64,000 bases of DNA, taken from IMG/VR virus record IMGVR_UViG_3300044825_003036. One strand, given 5' to 3'. The stretch is from an uncultured virus (IMG/VR IMGVR_UViG_3300044825_003036). Lineage: Duplodnaviria > Heunggongvirae > Uroviricota > Caudoviricetes. The position numbers and the translations under genes were made by a program. The notes beneath the pieces were generated by a model, which worked only from the letters and a program-made list of their open reading frames with translations, searched no databases and was not told where the DNA came from. Of the stretch, positions 51,633 through 61,306 are shown piece after piece (the stretch's first letter is position 1; each line of letters opens with the position of its first letter).

Positions 51633-53509
51633 TGACGCATCTTATTACTGCGGGCGATGGTACCCAAATGACGGTTGCTGACGATGCCTTCGATCCAGAC
51701 CCTGGGAGCTCGATTCGCCGAGACCGCTTTACGGTTCGGTCCGCTCGACGGGTTGAGATCGGGGGCCGTTTCTCCGCTTGCCTCGATCTCAACGGCGGTG
51801 GCTTTTGGGCGGTGCAAAACACCTCCAATTCCAAAGGCGGTCCGCCGGTAGCGACTTTGGCTGGTAGTGTTTGGAGCAAGGAGCACTCGCGCCAACTCGC
51901 GGCCTTGGCTGACGGCGTTCCCTACGTCCCTGGGGTGCCCGCTTTTGGCAAGCCTAGCCAGAGTCCCGAGGATATCGCCAAGGCGATGCTGGAGGTGCTT
52001 GTGCAGAGTCGCGACGCCACAGTGGAGTCAACGGACATGGTTCGTTACTTGGTAGGCAACGAGGCAGCGGCAGGAGGGACTTTTCGCGAGGCGTGCCTGC
52101 GCCACGAGAACGAGACATGGCCAACGTTCGCGCGTGAGCTGTTCGCCTCGCTCTACGATGAGCCAAAGCCAACAGACAGCAGACCGCAAGGACCCGAGTG
52201 GATAGTTACGTTGCTGCAGGCCGCCAAGAACAGCGCAAGCTGGCCCGATCTGCAGCGCCTAGCCAAGGGCGAGCCGTGGTCGGCGGGAGTAGGCGCCGCG
52301 GAGATCGTCCAGGCCCTGGGCGAGACAATCAACGATCTGCTGGAGGAGCTCCCGAAAGAGGACCCACAACGACTGCAGGACCAGGCGGACCAGCTGGCGG
52401 AGATGGTCGGAGAGGACCACGAGGCGACGACGGAGGAGCAAGCAAAGGCGGACGCGGTGCAGGCAGCCCAGCTGAAGGTCGCGGAGGCGCTACAGACGCT
52501 CGATTTGGCCAGCGTCCCGGCGGCTGTGACGGCCGCTGTCCAAGCTCTGGCTGGCATCGATGGGCAGCTGCAGGCGCTTGGAGCGGGGAGCAACAACCCC
52601 AACCCGTTGCTTGCCAGCACCCCTCACGAGGTGCGCGAAGCCCTGGCAAAGAACCCCGTCCTGCGGGGGATTGCTGACGTCGCGGGGCGACTGCGCGTCG
52701 CGGCGCGCGCTGTAAAACGGAACAAGGTTCGGTACCTGCCCGAGCAGATCGTGGACGTGTCGTTGGGGGCAGAGCTCTCGCGGCTGCTTCCTGCTGAGCT
52801 GCTCCAGTTGGCTGAGCCTGACGTCGAGGACAACCTGTTGCGGAAGCTGTCGGAGTCCCAGGCGATGGTCTACGACCTGGAAGGGTCAGAGCCGGTCAAG
52901 ATGGGGCCGATTGTGGTCGCCATCGATTCGTCCTCCTCGATGGCTGGCCAGCGTTACGAGTGGGCAATGGGCGTGGCGCTCGCGCTGGTTGAGCGAGCGG
53001 TGTCGGACAAGCGGCCTTTCCGGCTCTTCACGTTCGCAATGCGACCCAACACGGTCTACACCGTGGACAAGCCGCGGGACATTACCGTGCATCTGCTCCA
53101 GGAAATGCTGACGACATTCTCGGGCGGTGGGACCGACATTGGTCGAGCGGTGCGCCAAGCGGCGGAGCTCACTCGGGACAAGACGTGGACCAAGGCGGAC
53201 CTGGTGCTGATCTCCGACGGTGAAGACGGCGATTTCTCGCCCAGCTTGTACGAGCTTTCTGAGCAGGGCGTCTGCGCTTACGGGATCTCGATCGGATCGA
53301 CGTTCTCGGAGCCGGTCAAGTCGGCGATGAGTGGCGTAGCGGCGGTCTCGGACCTACAGATCCAAGATGGCAGCGCCAACGTGGACGTGGTGTTTGGGCT
53401 CGATGGGGTTCCCAGAACGCTCCCAACACCTGCAGTTGTGAGTAAAGTGGATTCACTTGCAGCGGAGACAGCGGCGGCTCGTAAGCGAGCGATGGACACT
53501 CCGTTTTGA
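51632..53509 (+). CDS. VWA-domain protein (ViaA-like), partner of the MoxR ATPase
   Basis: LLPAEL, GPIVVAIDSSSSM (MIDAS), GGGTD, DLVLISDG; TGATG overlap. Confidence 0.88.
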   Translation: MTHLITAGDGTQMTVADDAFDPDPGSSIRRDRFTVRSARRVEIGGRFSACLDLNGGGFWAVQNTSNSKGGPPVATLAGSVWSKEHSRQLAALADGVPYVPGVPAFGKPSQSPEDIAKAMLEVLVQSRDATVESTDMVRYLVGNEAAAGGTFREACLRHENETWPTFARELFASLYDEPKPTDSRPQGPEWIVTLLQAAKNSASWPDLQRLAKGEPWSAGVGAAEIVQALGETINDLLEELPKEDPQRLQDQADQLAEMVGEDHEATTEEQAKADAVQAAQLKVAEALQTLDLASVPAAVTAAVQALAGIDGQLQALGAGSNNPNPLLASTPHEVREALAKNPVLRGIADVAGRLRVAARAVKRNKVRYLPEQIVDVSLGAELSRLLPAELLQLAEPDVEDNLLRKLSESQAMVYDLEGSEPVKMGPIVVAIDSSSSMAGQRYEWAMGVALALVERAVSDKRPFRLFTFAMRPNTVYTVDKPRDITVHLLQEMLTTFSGGGTDIGRAVRQAAELTRDKTWTKADLVLISDGEDGDFSPSLYELSEQGVCAYGISIGSTFSEPVKSAMSGVAAVSDLQIQDGSANVDVVFGLDGVPRTLPTPAVVSKVDSLAAETAAARKRAMDTPF

Positions 53510-53635
53510 GGGCCGATCAGGTTCTACCCGGTGACCAGGTAGTTGACCCTGGCACCGAGGGGCCGCGCCAAGGATGCACGGTCCCTGCAGGACGAAAGAT
53601 GCGAGGGCGCAGGCCCGTACGAAAGGACAAGAGCG

Positions 53636-54928
53636 ATGCGACGACTACAGATCCTCACGAATAGCGAGGTCGAGACCTACCGCAATTGCGGGGCAAAACA
53701 TGGGTTTGCCTACCAGCAGTTGCTCCGGCCGCGAATCGATGGCGAGGCCAAGCCCGCTGGCTCGATCCTCCACGCTGGTATCGAGGCGGGCTGGCGTGCA
53801 GCGTGGGAGCAACCCGACACGCTCGACGGGCGCCTGCAGCGGGCGATCGCGGCGTCGGCGGAGACGATCGCGTCGGCGACGCTGGACGAGTGCAAACGCG
53901 TCGCGCTGCTCGGCGGCGAGGGCTCGGACGAGCTGATCGCGAAGCTGGAGGGGCAAAGCGAAGCACTTCGCTGGAGCGTGGAGAACTACTTTCGGGCGAC
54001 GCGTCCCGATCTGGACTACGTCCCGGTGTGCATTGAGCGGCAGTTCTCGTTCCTTGTGCCGACCGACCGCGGCAACGACTCGATGGTGTCCTATCAGGGT
54101 AAGACGGACCTGGTGTTGTGGGACCGCGAGGCGAACCGTTTGATCGTCCAGGACCACAAGGGGACGGGGCTCGGCGTGCGGCAACTGGAGCGCAAGATCC
54201 CGCTCGACACCCAGCTTTCTGGGTATGTTTTTTGGGTTCGGAAAGCGCTACGTGACCTTGCAGCACAGCCGGAATCCCCGTTGCTCGCGATGGCCGTAGG
54301 CGCTCCGGTTCACGCCTGGGAGACGATTCGGGATAACCCACCAATCACGGCCCCAGTGGTTGGCTCGATTGCCTTCAACGTGCTCCGTCGCAAGCAGCCG
54401 GAGACGCCCGGGATCAACATCCTCAAAAAGAACGAGGCAGTGACCGAGTGGCAGCGAGAGCTGCTGGCGTTACAAGCCACGGACGGCAAGCCGCGGGGGT
54501 TGGTCTCTGTTGCCGACTGCGACACCACGCCAGGCATTTACGGCGACGCGTTGACGGAGCAGCTGGTGGGTCGCGGGCTAGAGATCACGGACAAGCAGCG
54601 CGAGCGGCTGGAGAAGATCCGTCACAAGGCGGGGTTCTTCGCCCAGCTGGAGTATTACCGAGGCGAGGCGGAGCTGGAACGCTGGCGCCGCGAGTTGTTG
54701 CTGGACGCCAAGAAGATCCGCGACGACGGCCGAGCCGGGCAGCGCTCGCGCAATCCCGGGGCGTGTGCCCAGCCGTGGAGCCCGCCGTGCGCATACGCGA
54801 CCGTTTGCCAGGCGCCGGCCGATCCGGTAGCACTGGCGCAATACGTGGTGGTGGACAGGCCCCACCAGGAACTGGAGCAGCAAGACCATGGCAGCGAAGA
54901 AGACCAGCAAATCCACGACTACATCTGA
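53636..54928 (+). CDS. PD-(D/E)XK RecB/Cas4-like exonuclease with a probable Fe-S Cys set
   Basis: SEVETYRNC, GSILH, GKTDLV...DHK, QLSGY, C...CAYATVC. Confidence 0.85.
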   Translation: MRRLQILTNSEVETYRNCGAKHGFAYQQLLRPRIDGEAKPAGSILHAGIEAGWRAAWEQPDTLDGRLQRAIAASAETIASATLDECKRVALLGGEGSDELIAKLEGQSEALRWSVENYFRATRPDLDYVPVCIERQFSFLVPTDRGNDSMVSYQGKTDLVLWDREANRLIVQDHKGTGLGVRQLERKIPLDTQLSGYVFWVRKALRDLAAQPESPLLAMAVGAPVHAWETIRDNPPITAPVVGSIAFNVLRRKQPETPGINILKKNEAVTEWQRELLALQATDGKPRGLVSVADCDTTPGIYGDALTEQLVGRGLEITDKQRERLEKIRHKAGFFAQLEYYRGEAELERWRRELLLDAKKIRDDGRAGQRSRNPGACAQPWSPPCAYATVCQAPADPVALAQYVVVDRPHQELEQQDHGSEEDQQIHDYI

Positions 54929-55319
54929 CGCGGCGGAGGCAACGGAGAAGCTCTCCAAGCGAGCAGCGAGCGGCGACAAGGGCGCGCTAGCCGCGGTGAC
55001 GGAGATCGTCACCAGTTACAACCAGGTCCAAGACGCGAAAGAGCGCAAGGTCAAGGTGGCAAAGACGACGAAGTCTCGCGAGGAGCAGGAGTTTGCCGCG
55101 GTGAAGAACGCGATCGAGGACTCGCTTCCGACGGATGCAGGCGCTCAGACGGTGCTCGGTAAACTGCAGACGATCGAGCAGTCTTGGCAGGACTACCAGG
55201 AGGCGCTCGCGCAGGGCGTCGAGGAGCGCAAGGAGTCCAAGGAAGCGCTCAAGGCCGCGGAGAAGCGGTTCGAGCGGGCTGTGAAGGATTCGGCGCAATT
55301 GGCGCTTGATTTCGAGTGA
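54888..55319 (+). CDS. Hypothetical coiled-coil protein
   Basis: 143 aa; ends QLALDFE. Confidence 0.65.
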   Translation: MAAKKTSKSTTTSDAAEATEKLSKRAASGDKGALAAVTEIVTSYNQVQDAKERKVKVAKTTKSREEQEFAAVKNAIEDSLPTDAGAQTVLGKLQTIEQSWQDYQEALAQGVEERKESKEALKAAEKRFERAVKDSAQLALDFE

Positions 55320-55375
55320 TCTGGATGCTTGATTGAGGCTGCCGCGGTTGGCGGCAACGAAAGGACGAGGACGAA

Positions 55376-56449
55376 ATGAAACGGTTGGACGATCGGGAGT
55401 CGGTGTGGCTGAAAGCGGCGATCTACGGAAAGCCAGGCACGGGAAAGACGTCTATCGGGGTTAGCGCGCCCAAGCCGCTGATTCTGTTGGCTGAGGCGCA
55501 AGGCCTGGTCCATGTGCGGCAGGCGGCGAAGCGGCTGGGGGTTCCCGTGCCACCCACGTTTTTGATCGAGAGCGTGGACGACTACCGGGCTTGGCTGCGC
55601 GCCCTCAACGGGGACCGGTCCAAGCCGCTAACGGTGCGCGAGCGGCACACAGTCGACGGCAAGATCGAGGAGATCGTTGTGGTCCAGCTCGACGAATGGC
55701 CCGAGACGGTGGTGTTGGATTCGCTGACGGAGGCAGGGACGCTGATCGTCCGTGAGATCCGTTGGTTGTCGCCTCCGACGAAGGGTAAGGACGGGCTCCC
55801 AACGGATTCGCAGCGCTTTTGGAACGTGCTGGGGGACCGTTTCAAAGCGCTCGTCCATGGTTTCCGCGATTTGCCAATGCACGTGCTTTTCCTGGGTCTG
55901 ATGGACGACCGCTCGGAGGGCGAGGAGGACGCAAAGACCCGCAACGTCACGATGGATCTGCCGATGCGCAAGCTCCCAGCGCTTGTGAGTTCGGCGGTAA
56001 ACGTCGTGGGGTATTCGTACCGTCGCGAGGTGCGCAAAGCGAACAAGCCCACCGAGCTCCAATATGGCGTCATGACCTCCGGCCCGGAGTACATGATGCT
56101 AAAGCCAATGAGGCCGCTCCGCGACACTGAAGTGCCCAACTTCGCGCGATGGGTTGCGGCTGTTCGTGGGCACTTGGCTGACGCGAGTCCAGCGCCGGAG
56201 CCGTCTGGGGAATCCCTGATGGCCGGAGACCTGGAGCCGCAGCCGCAGCCAACGACGGCAGAAGGCGAGCCGGTTCAAGAAGGGGCGGCGCCCGACGGTG
56301 AACCACCGCGCGCTCAGGTTGTTGATTTGTTCGATGCCCAGACCAGCCTAGCTGGTGTGGGCGAGGCAGAGGAAGGGGCTGAGCCCCAGGCAAAGAAGGC
56401 CAAGAAAGGAAAAAAGAACGATGCCCAAGATGGGTCCGAGGGGAACTGA
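55376..56449 (+). CDS. AAA_24 / Sak4-like recombination ATPase
   Basis: IYGKPGTGKT, APKPL, ETVVLDSLT. Confidence 0.85.
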   Translation: MKRLDDRESVWLKAAIYGKPGTGKTSIGVSAPKPLILLAEAQGLVHVRQAAKRLGVPVPPTFLIESVDDYRAWLRALNGDRSKPLTVRERHTVDGKIEEIVVVQLDEWPETVVLDSLTEAGTLIVREIRWLSPPTKGKDGLPTDSQRFWNVLGDRFKALVHGFRDLPMHVLFLGLMDDRSEGEEDAKTRNVTMDLPMRKLPALVSSAVNVVGYSYRREVRKANKPTELQYGVMTSGPEYMMLKPMRPLRDTEVPNFARWVAAVRGHLADASPAPEPSGESLMAGDLEPQPQPTTAEGEPVQEGAAPDGEPPRAQVVDLFDAQTSLAGVGEAEEGAEPQAKKAKKGKKNDAQDGSEGN

Positions 56450-57095
56450 AAGCAACAACGAGCAGCGCGAGCAGCGCGGCGCGGTACCAGGCGGGCGCTA
56501 TCCCAGCGCCATGGTGTGGTTCAATCGGCGGCAGGCCAAGAGCAGCGGAAACGACTTCCTTCGTGGGACGTTCGAGATCTGCGGTGGGCCGCTCAAAGGG
56601 CGGCGCTACTACGCGATGCTTTCGTGTGACATCACTCGCGCCGGAACCATGAAGCGCTGGGAAGTGCTGATGGAGAGTTGCGGCGTAACCGAGGAGTTCG
56701 AGATCGGTTCCAATCATGAGGGCAACGCTCGCGAGGGCGACCGGAACATCAGATCTCGGTTCTTGGGTCGTCCGTTCGTGGCGATCGTCAAGCGAGAGCG
56801 CGACGGCAACTACGAGAACAACGATATCGAGTCGTTGGTGTTCCCGAACCGGTGGACGGACGAGGAGCGCGAGCAGATGGCCGAGTGGGCGCACGCCTAC
56901 CAGTGCGAGCAGGAGAAGAAGGGCTACAATCGAAACCGCTCACCCGAGGCGAGCGCTCAGCGTCCAGAGGACGACGGCGGAGAGTTCACCGGCGAGGGTG
57001 AGGATCGGTACGATTCGTTCGAGGATGCCGGACAGTATGGTGACACCGAATTCGACGACAGCGGCGACAGCCCCCCTCCCCCCGACGAATTCTAA
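56421..57095 (+). CDS. DUF669-like single-stranded DNA-binding protein with an acidic tail
   Basis: VPGGRY...AKSSGNDFL...FEI..GP.KGR; acidic C-terminus ending DEF; follows AAA_24. Confidence 0.7.
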   Translation: MPKMGPRGTESNNEQREQRGAVPGGRYPSAMVWFNRRQAKSSGNDFLRGTFEICGGPLKGRRYYAMLSCDITRAGTMKRWEVLMESCGVTEEFEIGSNHEGNAREGDRNIRSRFLGRPFVAIVKRERDGNYENNDIESLVFPNRWTDEEREQMAEWAHAYQCEQEKKGYNRNRSPEASAQRPEDDGGEFTGEGEDRYDSFEDAGQYGDTEFDDSGDSPPPPDEF

Positions 57096-57756
57096 GCCCC
57101 GAGAGATCGCGATCCGAGTCACGGGGCTTCTGCATCGGTTTCTGTCGTCCAAGTTGACGGCGTCAAAGCTGGCGCAGGAGCTCCGGGCTCTAGCCGACTG
57201 GATCGAGCCGGCGGTTGGCTCCAAGGCTGTCCAGCAGCCGGTGGAGGCCCCAACCGGTCAAGAGGTGGAGCTGTTCCGCTACTGGCAGACGGCGATGGGC
57301 AAACCCCAGGCCAAGCTCACGCCAGAGCGGCGCGCGAAGCTCCGGGCTCGGCTCAAAGAGGGCTACACTCCCGAGCAGATTAGGCTAGCGATCGACAACG
57401 TGGCGGGGTCTTCCTACCACCGAGGCGAGAACACGAACGGCCAGGAGTACGCAGATCTTACGTTGATCTGTCGAAACGGCAGCAAGCTGGAGCAATACGC
57501 GGCAATGGGCGCGGGGACGATCCAGCTTTCAGAACCAGGCGGTCGCGAGTCGGCCGTCCCACAAGGACAAGAAGCGCTGATCCAGCGTCTACAGCGAGAG
57601 GCGGCTGCGCAATTGGCGGCCGGTGACGTGAATGCCTACAATGCGACCCAGCAACAGATCCTCGCGCTCCGAGGAGGCGGCTCAAGCGCTGTCGACCGTC
57701 GGGGCGCCAACGGCGCTGGCCGATCGAGTTCGGCAGGCGTTGGACGTGGTGCGTAA
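57037..57756 (+). CDS. Replisome organiser-like protein (Phg_2220_C-type C-terminal domain); start uncertain
   Basis: YW...LTPERRAKLRARLKEGYTPEQIRLAIDN...GEN...YADLTLICRN. Confidence 0.65.
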   Translation: MVTPNSTTAATAPLPPTNSKPREIAIRVTGLLHRFLSSKLTASKLAQELRALADWIEPAVGSKAVQQPVEAPTGQEVELFRYWQTAMGKPQAKLTPERRAKLRARLKEGYTPEQIRLAIDNVAGSSYHRGENTNGQEYADLTLICRNGSKLEQYAAMGAGTIQLSEPGGRESAVPQGQEALIQRLQREAAAQLAAGDVNAYNATQQQILALRGGGSSAVDRRGANGAGRSSSAGVGRGA

Positions 57757-58264
57757 CCTCGATCGGTTCGCGCCCCAGGCGTTCCCGTTGCGTCCTGAGA
57801 TCGTGACGTACGACGACAACCAGCTGGTCGAGGCCTACCAGGCCAAAGACCACGGCAAGCTGGGCAAGGCGGCGTCGGAGCAGCTCCGCTACTTCGCGGC
57901 TTGGCGTGTCGCGGTGTGGCGCGTCGAGGGGATCCACGAGGGTAACCTGATCGTGTTGGCTGCAGCAATCGGGGCGCTGGAGCTGGGTGGGGACCACCAC
58001 CGAGAGGTGACGCAGCTGCGCGCTTTCGTTCGGCAGCACTGGCGCTGCTCGCTGCCCGATCCAGTCCCGGGAAACCGGCTCTGGGTCGAGCGGTGGGCGG
58101 TGCGCTTCGCCCAAAACCGTCGAGTACTCCCGCTTTACATGCGAACAATGACCAAGCCCCCACTGGGGGCAGGCGGGCAACGGAGCGGCGTCAACCCCCA
58201 ACAGTACTTGGACTACGGAGCAGAGAACGACGATGACCGAGACGAAAACGAACCGGGTTTCTGA
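57632..58264 (+). CDS. Hypothetical protein
   Basis: About 210 aa ORF in the replication cluster. Confidence 0.55.
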   Translation: MPTMRPSNRSSRSEEAAQALSTVGAPTALADRVRQALDVVRNLDRFAPQAFPLRPEIVTYDDNQLVEAYQAKDHGKLGKAASEQLRYFAAWRVAVWRVEGIHEGNLIVLAAAIGALELGGDHHREVTQLRAFVRQHWRCSLPDPVPGNRLWVERWAVRFAQNRRVLPLYMRTMTKPPLGAGGQRSGVNPQQYLDYGAENDDDRDENEPGF

Positions 58265-58571
58265 GGCCGATCTTGATCGGATCCGTGAGTTGGCGAAGGC
58301 AAAGCCCGGCGACGCGCTGGCGCAACGAGAGTGGATCGCGCGCGCTCGGCATGAACTGCTGTTGCTGGTCGACGACCTGACCGACCGGCAAGCGGCGAGC
58401 GGCGGCGAGTTTGCCACTCGCTTGCGGGAGGCCCTGGAGGCCAAGGTGCTGGAGCAGGTAGGCGAGCGGGCCGCCTTGACCAACCAAACCGAGATCCACA
58501 GCCTGAGCGTGCATTTGACGGCGCAGGCCGCGTGGGTCGATGTGCGGCTGCGGCTAGGGGTCGGGCAGTAG
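58233..58571 (+). CDS. Hypothetical protein
   Basis: 112 aa ORF. Confidence 0.55.
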   Translation: MTETKTNRVSEADLDRIRELAKAKPGDALAQREWIARARHELLLLVDDLTDRQAASGGEFATRLREALEAKVLEQVGERAALTNQTEIHSLSVHLTAQAAWVDVRLRLGVGQ

Positions 58572-59098
58572 TGGAGCGCTGGGACTGGAAGCAGAAGCGG
58601 CACGTGGCGAAGTTCCGCGGCGAGCGCTTCGCGGCGCTAGACCCAGGGCAACACGGTTGCCTGATGGTGTGCGACTGGGAGCTCGGCGTCCTGCCAGTTC
58701 GTTTGGCTAACCCGCTCCACGTCGAGGTCTGCGCCAAGATGCTAGCGGCGCTGGACGTCCACGTGTTGGTGGCGGAAACGCAGTATGTCACCAATCCGCG
58801 GCTTGCGCGCGCGGTGACGGAGTTGACGTTCTCGATGGGGATCTTGGTTGGGTTTGCGGCGGCGCGGTTGGAGTGGCCGCTCCAGCTGTTCGAGGTGGCC
58901 CCAGCGTCGTGGCAGGCGGAACAGAAACGTCGGCACGCCCCAGAGGAACCCAAGCGCAAGGGGTTTGCGGCCGATCTGATGATGACGGTAGGCAAGGCCC
59001 AGCTTGGGCAGACGCTCGATTGGCGGCAGGCGGACCAGTCCGCGCAGACGGGACTTGCCGCGGCATGGGCGATCGCAGAATGGTGGCGGGCGCTGTGA
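58571..59098 (+). CDS. RuvC-like Holliday junction resolvase fold
   Basis: AALDPG...VLVAE...V.P.SW...K; the C-terminal acidic residues are not evident. Confidence 0.6.
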   Translation: MERWDWKQKRHVAKFRGERFAALDPGQHGCLMVCDWELGVLPVRLANPLHVEVCAKMLAALDVHVLVAETQYVTNPRLARAVTELTFSMGILVGFAAARLEWPLQLFEVAPASWQAEQKRRHAPEEPKRKGFAADLMMTVGKAQLGQTLDWRQADQSAQTGLAAAWAIAEWWRAL

Positions 59099-59297
59099 AC
59101 ATCTACCAGCAACGCGCCGAGCTGCGCCGCAGCTACCATCGGTTGGCGGCGGCGGCGGTGTTCTACGAGCTCAGCTCGCGCCCAGCTTTTCTCTGGGTGC
59201 ATGTTGAGCAGCGCGGCCCACGGCTGACGGTGACGTTCTGGCTGGGCAATCGCGCTTGGTTGGGTCTAGGGTTGGTGCACGTTTACAGGTGGGTGCA

Positions 59298-59705
59298 ATG
59301 TCGGAGCGTAGCAAAGCGGGCGATCAAACGAGTTCGGGTTCCAATGGGGCTCAAGGTGAAGATCCAGAGCCGACGCCCCAAGAGCGGATAGACGCGACGA
59401 TGTGGCGCGTGATTCGAGACTTGGCGCTCGTGGTCTGCTTGCAAGGGAGCAACAAGCGCCCCAGCGATCTGACGACGCAGGCACAGAACGAGCTGCTGAC
59501 CCCGTTCATTTCGACGCTGGTGGGAGCCCACGGCATGCTTCGAGAGTGTGGGCAGCAGTATGTCCTGCTTGGGTTGCGAGAGGTGCACCAACGCCTCCAC
59601 GGTCAGCCCGGCGTGGACCACGAAATGCTCGATCAGACGCTGGAGTTTCACAGCAACCAGAACGGCGCGGAGTACGAGGACGAGCCGTATATTTTGGAGA
59701 AATGA
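59298..59705 (+). CDS. Hypothetical protein
   Basis: ORF frame 59256..59705. Confidence 0.5.
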   Translation: MSERSKAGDQTSSGSNGAQGEDPEPTPQERIDATMWRVIRDLALVVCLQGSNKRPSDLTTQAQNELLTPFISTLVGAHGMLRECGQQYVLLGLREVHQRLHGQPGVDHEMLDQTLEFHSNQNGAEYEDEPYILEK

Positions 59706-60469
59706 GGACAAGGATGAAAAGGATTAGCTTGTTTTTACTGCTGTTTTTGGCAGCGGCGACACCGGCCCCAGTGGCGCCGGAGTGGACGGCTGTGCACGCT
59801 GTGGTTCATGGGTTCGCTCGGTCCAATTCGGACCTGAAAGAGGACACTGCAGATCTGGCAGAGGCGCGCCGCAACGTCACCAACGCAGTGTTTGCCGCCA
59901 CCGCGGTCACGACTGAGCGCGCCGCGCTGTTGGCTGCTGGCCACGCTGAAACGCTTTTCGCTCTGCGCCTCGGGCTCGATGAGTGTCGGCCAGGGGAATG
60001 TGACGATGGCCTAGCTCGTGGTTACTGGCAGGTGCACGAGCCGCTTTGCCCTGACGCTTGGGCGATGGACCCCGGCGCCGAGCGCGCGAAGCTGGAGGCC
60101 GTTTGCGCGCTCCGGTTCCTGCGCTACAAGGCTGGTCAGTGCGGCTCACTCAAAGCGGCCGTGTCTGGCTTTACGGGGGATTGCCGCCCAAGGGACCGAG
60201 CGATTCGGGATCGAGCCTATGAGGTGGCGCTGGATGTGCTGACGCGTGGGGAGTGGCCGGCGGCGCCGCAGTTCGCCAAGCCAGCGGGCGACGTGCCTCG
60301 GGCGGTGATCGCTCGTGGGGTCGAGTTGACCAAGCGGCTTTCCATGGGCGATACGGTGGTGGTGGACGAGACGTTCGGCGCGATGGTCGACTGGCACTGG
60401 CACGATCCATCGGGGGAGCATCGCCCCAAGGGCTGGCATCGAGGCGTCACGTTCTACCGGCACCCCTAG
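59702..60469 (+). CDS. Signal-peptide protein with a lysozyme/SLT-like domain
   Basis: MKRISLFLLLFLAAA signal; LLAAGHAETLF...CDDGLARGYWQVH; C-terminal WHWH...KGWHRGVTFY. Confidence 0.6.
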   Translation: MRTRMKRISLFLLLFLAAATPAPVAPEWTAVHAVVHGFARSNSDLKEDTADLAEARRNVTNAVFAATAVTTERAALLAAGHAETLFALRLGLDECRPGECDDGLARGYWQVHEPLCPDAWAMDPGAERAKLEAVCALRFLRYKAGQCGSLKAAVSGFTGDCRPRDRAIRDRAYEVALDVLTRGEWPAAPQFAKPAGDVPRAVIARGVELTKRLSMGDTVVVDETFGAMVDWHWHDPSGEHRPKGWHRGVTFYRHP

Positions 60470-61032
60470 TGTATGTCTTGGATGTGCCACAACCCCGCGC
60501 GGCGGCGTTGATTGCGGGACAGTTGGAGGCCTTGGATTTCTACCGAGCGCCTCCAGCTGACGTTTTGGGTCGGCGAGTAGCAATCCGAGCTGGCGAGATG
60601 GTTAGTTTCGATCTGTGGGCGTTGCGAGTGGGGGCCAAAGTGACCTGGGGCCCAAAGCAGACGTTTGGGCGGGGGATTGTTGGCACAGCCGTCATAGAAG
60701 GGTGGGTCGAGTGGGAGCGCGGCGAGATCGTGAGGCAGACCAGGCCGGGGAATAGTCGGCCTTTCCGCAAGCCTCGGGGTGTGTGCGGACCGTTCTCGTG
60801 GATCTTGCGGCACGCGTCGCTTTCAGGCGCGCCGCCTGGGCCTGATTTGGTGCCGCTTCGCGCTGGATATTGGGACTTGCCAGAGGTGCAAGAGCACCTG
60901 CTATGCTACGCTGAGCGCTATGGGGTGTCAGGACTGGCACCCGATCTGCTGGCGAAGCTGGAGCAGCTGAGGGCGGAACGAAAGGACAAGACGAATGAAG
61001 ACGGCAGTCCCCAAAGAGGGGGTTTGGTTTGA
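60469..61032 (+). CDS. ASCH-domain protein
   Basis: LDVPQPRAAALIAG...GRRVAIRAG...GIVGTA...GPFSWIL...GYWDL. Confidence 0.7.
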   Translation: MYVLDVPQPRAAALIAGQLEALDFYRAPPADVLGRRVAIRAGEMVSFDLWALRVGAKVTWGPKQTFGRGIVGTAVIEGWVEWERGEIVRQTRPGNSRPFRKPRGVCGPFSWILRHASLSGAPPGPDLVPLRAGYWDLPEVQEHLLCYAERYGVSGLAPDLLAKLEQLRAERKDKTNEDGSPQRGGLV

Positions 61033-61306
61033 TTGTGAAACTGACGCGGAAGGGAGCCTCCGAACGTACTGGAAGGGCGGGGTGGTTGTGCTGCGGATCG
61101 CGGTCAAGCGAGCCAGGGACCATTTGGGTTGGGCGGTTCTGATTGCTTGGGTTGGGCCTGAGAAGGCTCACACCCACGAGTCGGGCCCGTTCATCCAGCG
61201 CGAGACGGCGGAAGCTGTGGCTATCGCGGCGGGGATTGGTGTTCAGGTAGTGATGCCAGCTCGGCACGTATCGACGATCCCAGCGACGGGCATCAGTGGG
61301 GATTGA
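60995..61306 (+). CDS. Hypothetical protein
   Basis: AACGAAAGGACAA leader. Confidence 0.6.
   Translation: MKTAVPKEGVWFDCETDAEGSLRTYWKGGVVVLRIAVKRARDHLGWAVLIAWVGPEKAHTHESGPFIQRETAEAVAIAAGIGVQVVMPARHVSTIPATGISGD

Noticed and set aside
53575..53605. GTCC-CTGCA-GGAC-GAAA resembling hammerhead stem II; likewise the hairpin-CGAAA leaders
   Set aside because: The upstream CUGANGA core and stems I/III are absent.
53636..54928. Cas4 indicating a CRISPR system
   Set aside because: No cas1/cas2 or array. The context (AAA_24, SSB) is a phage recombination module.
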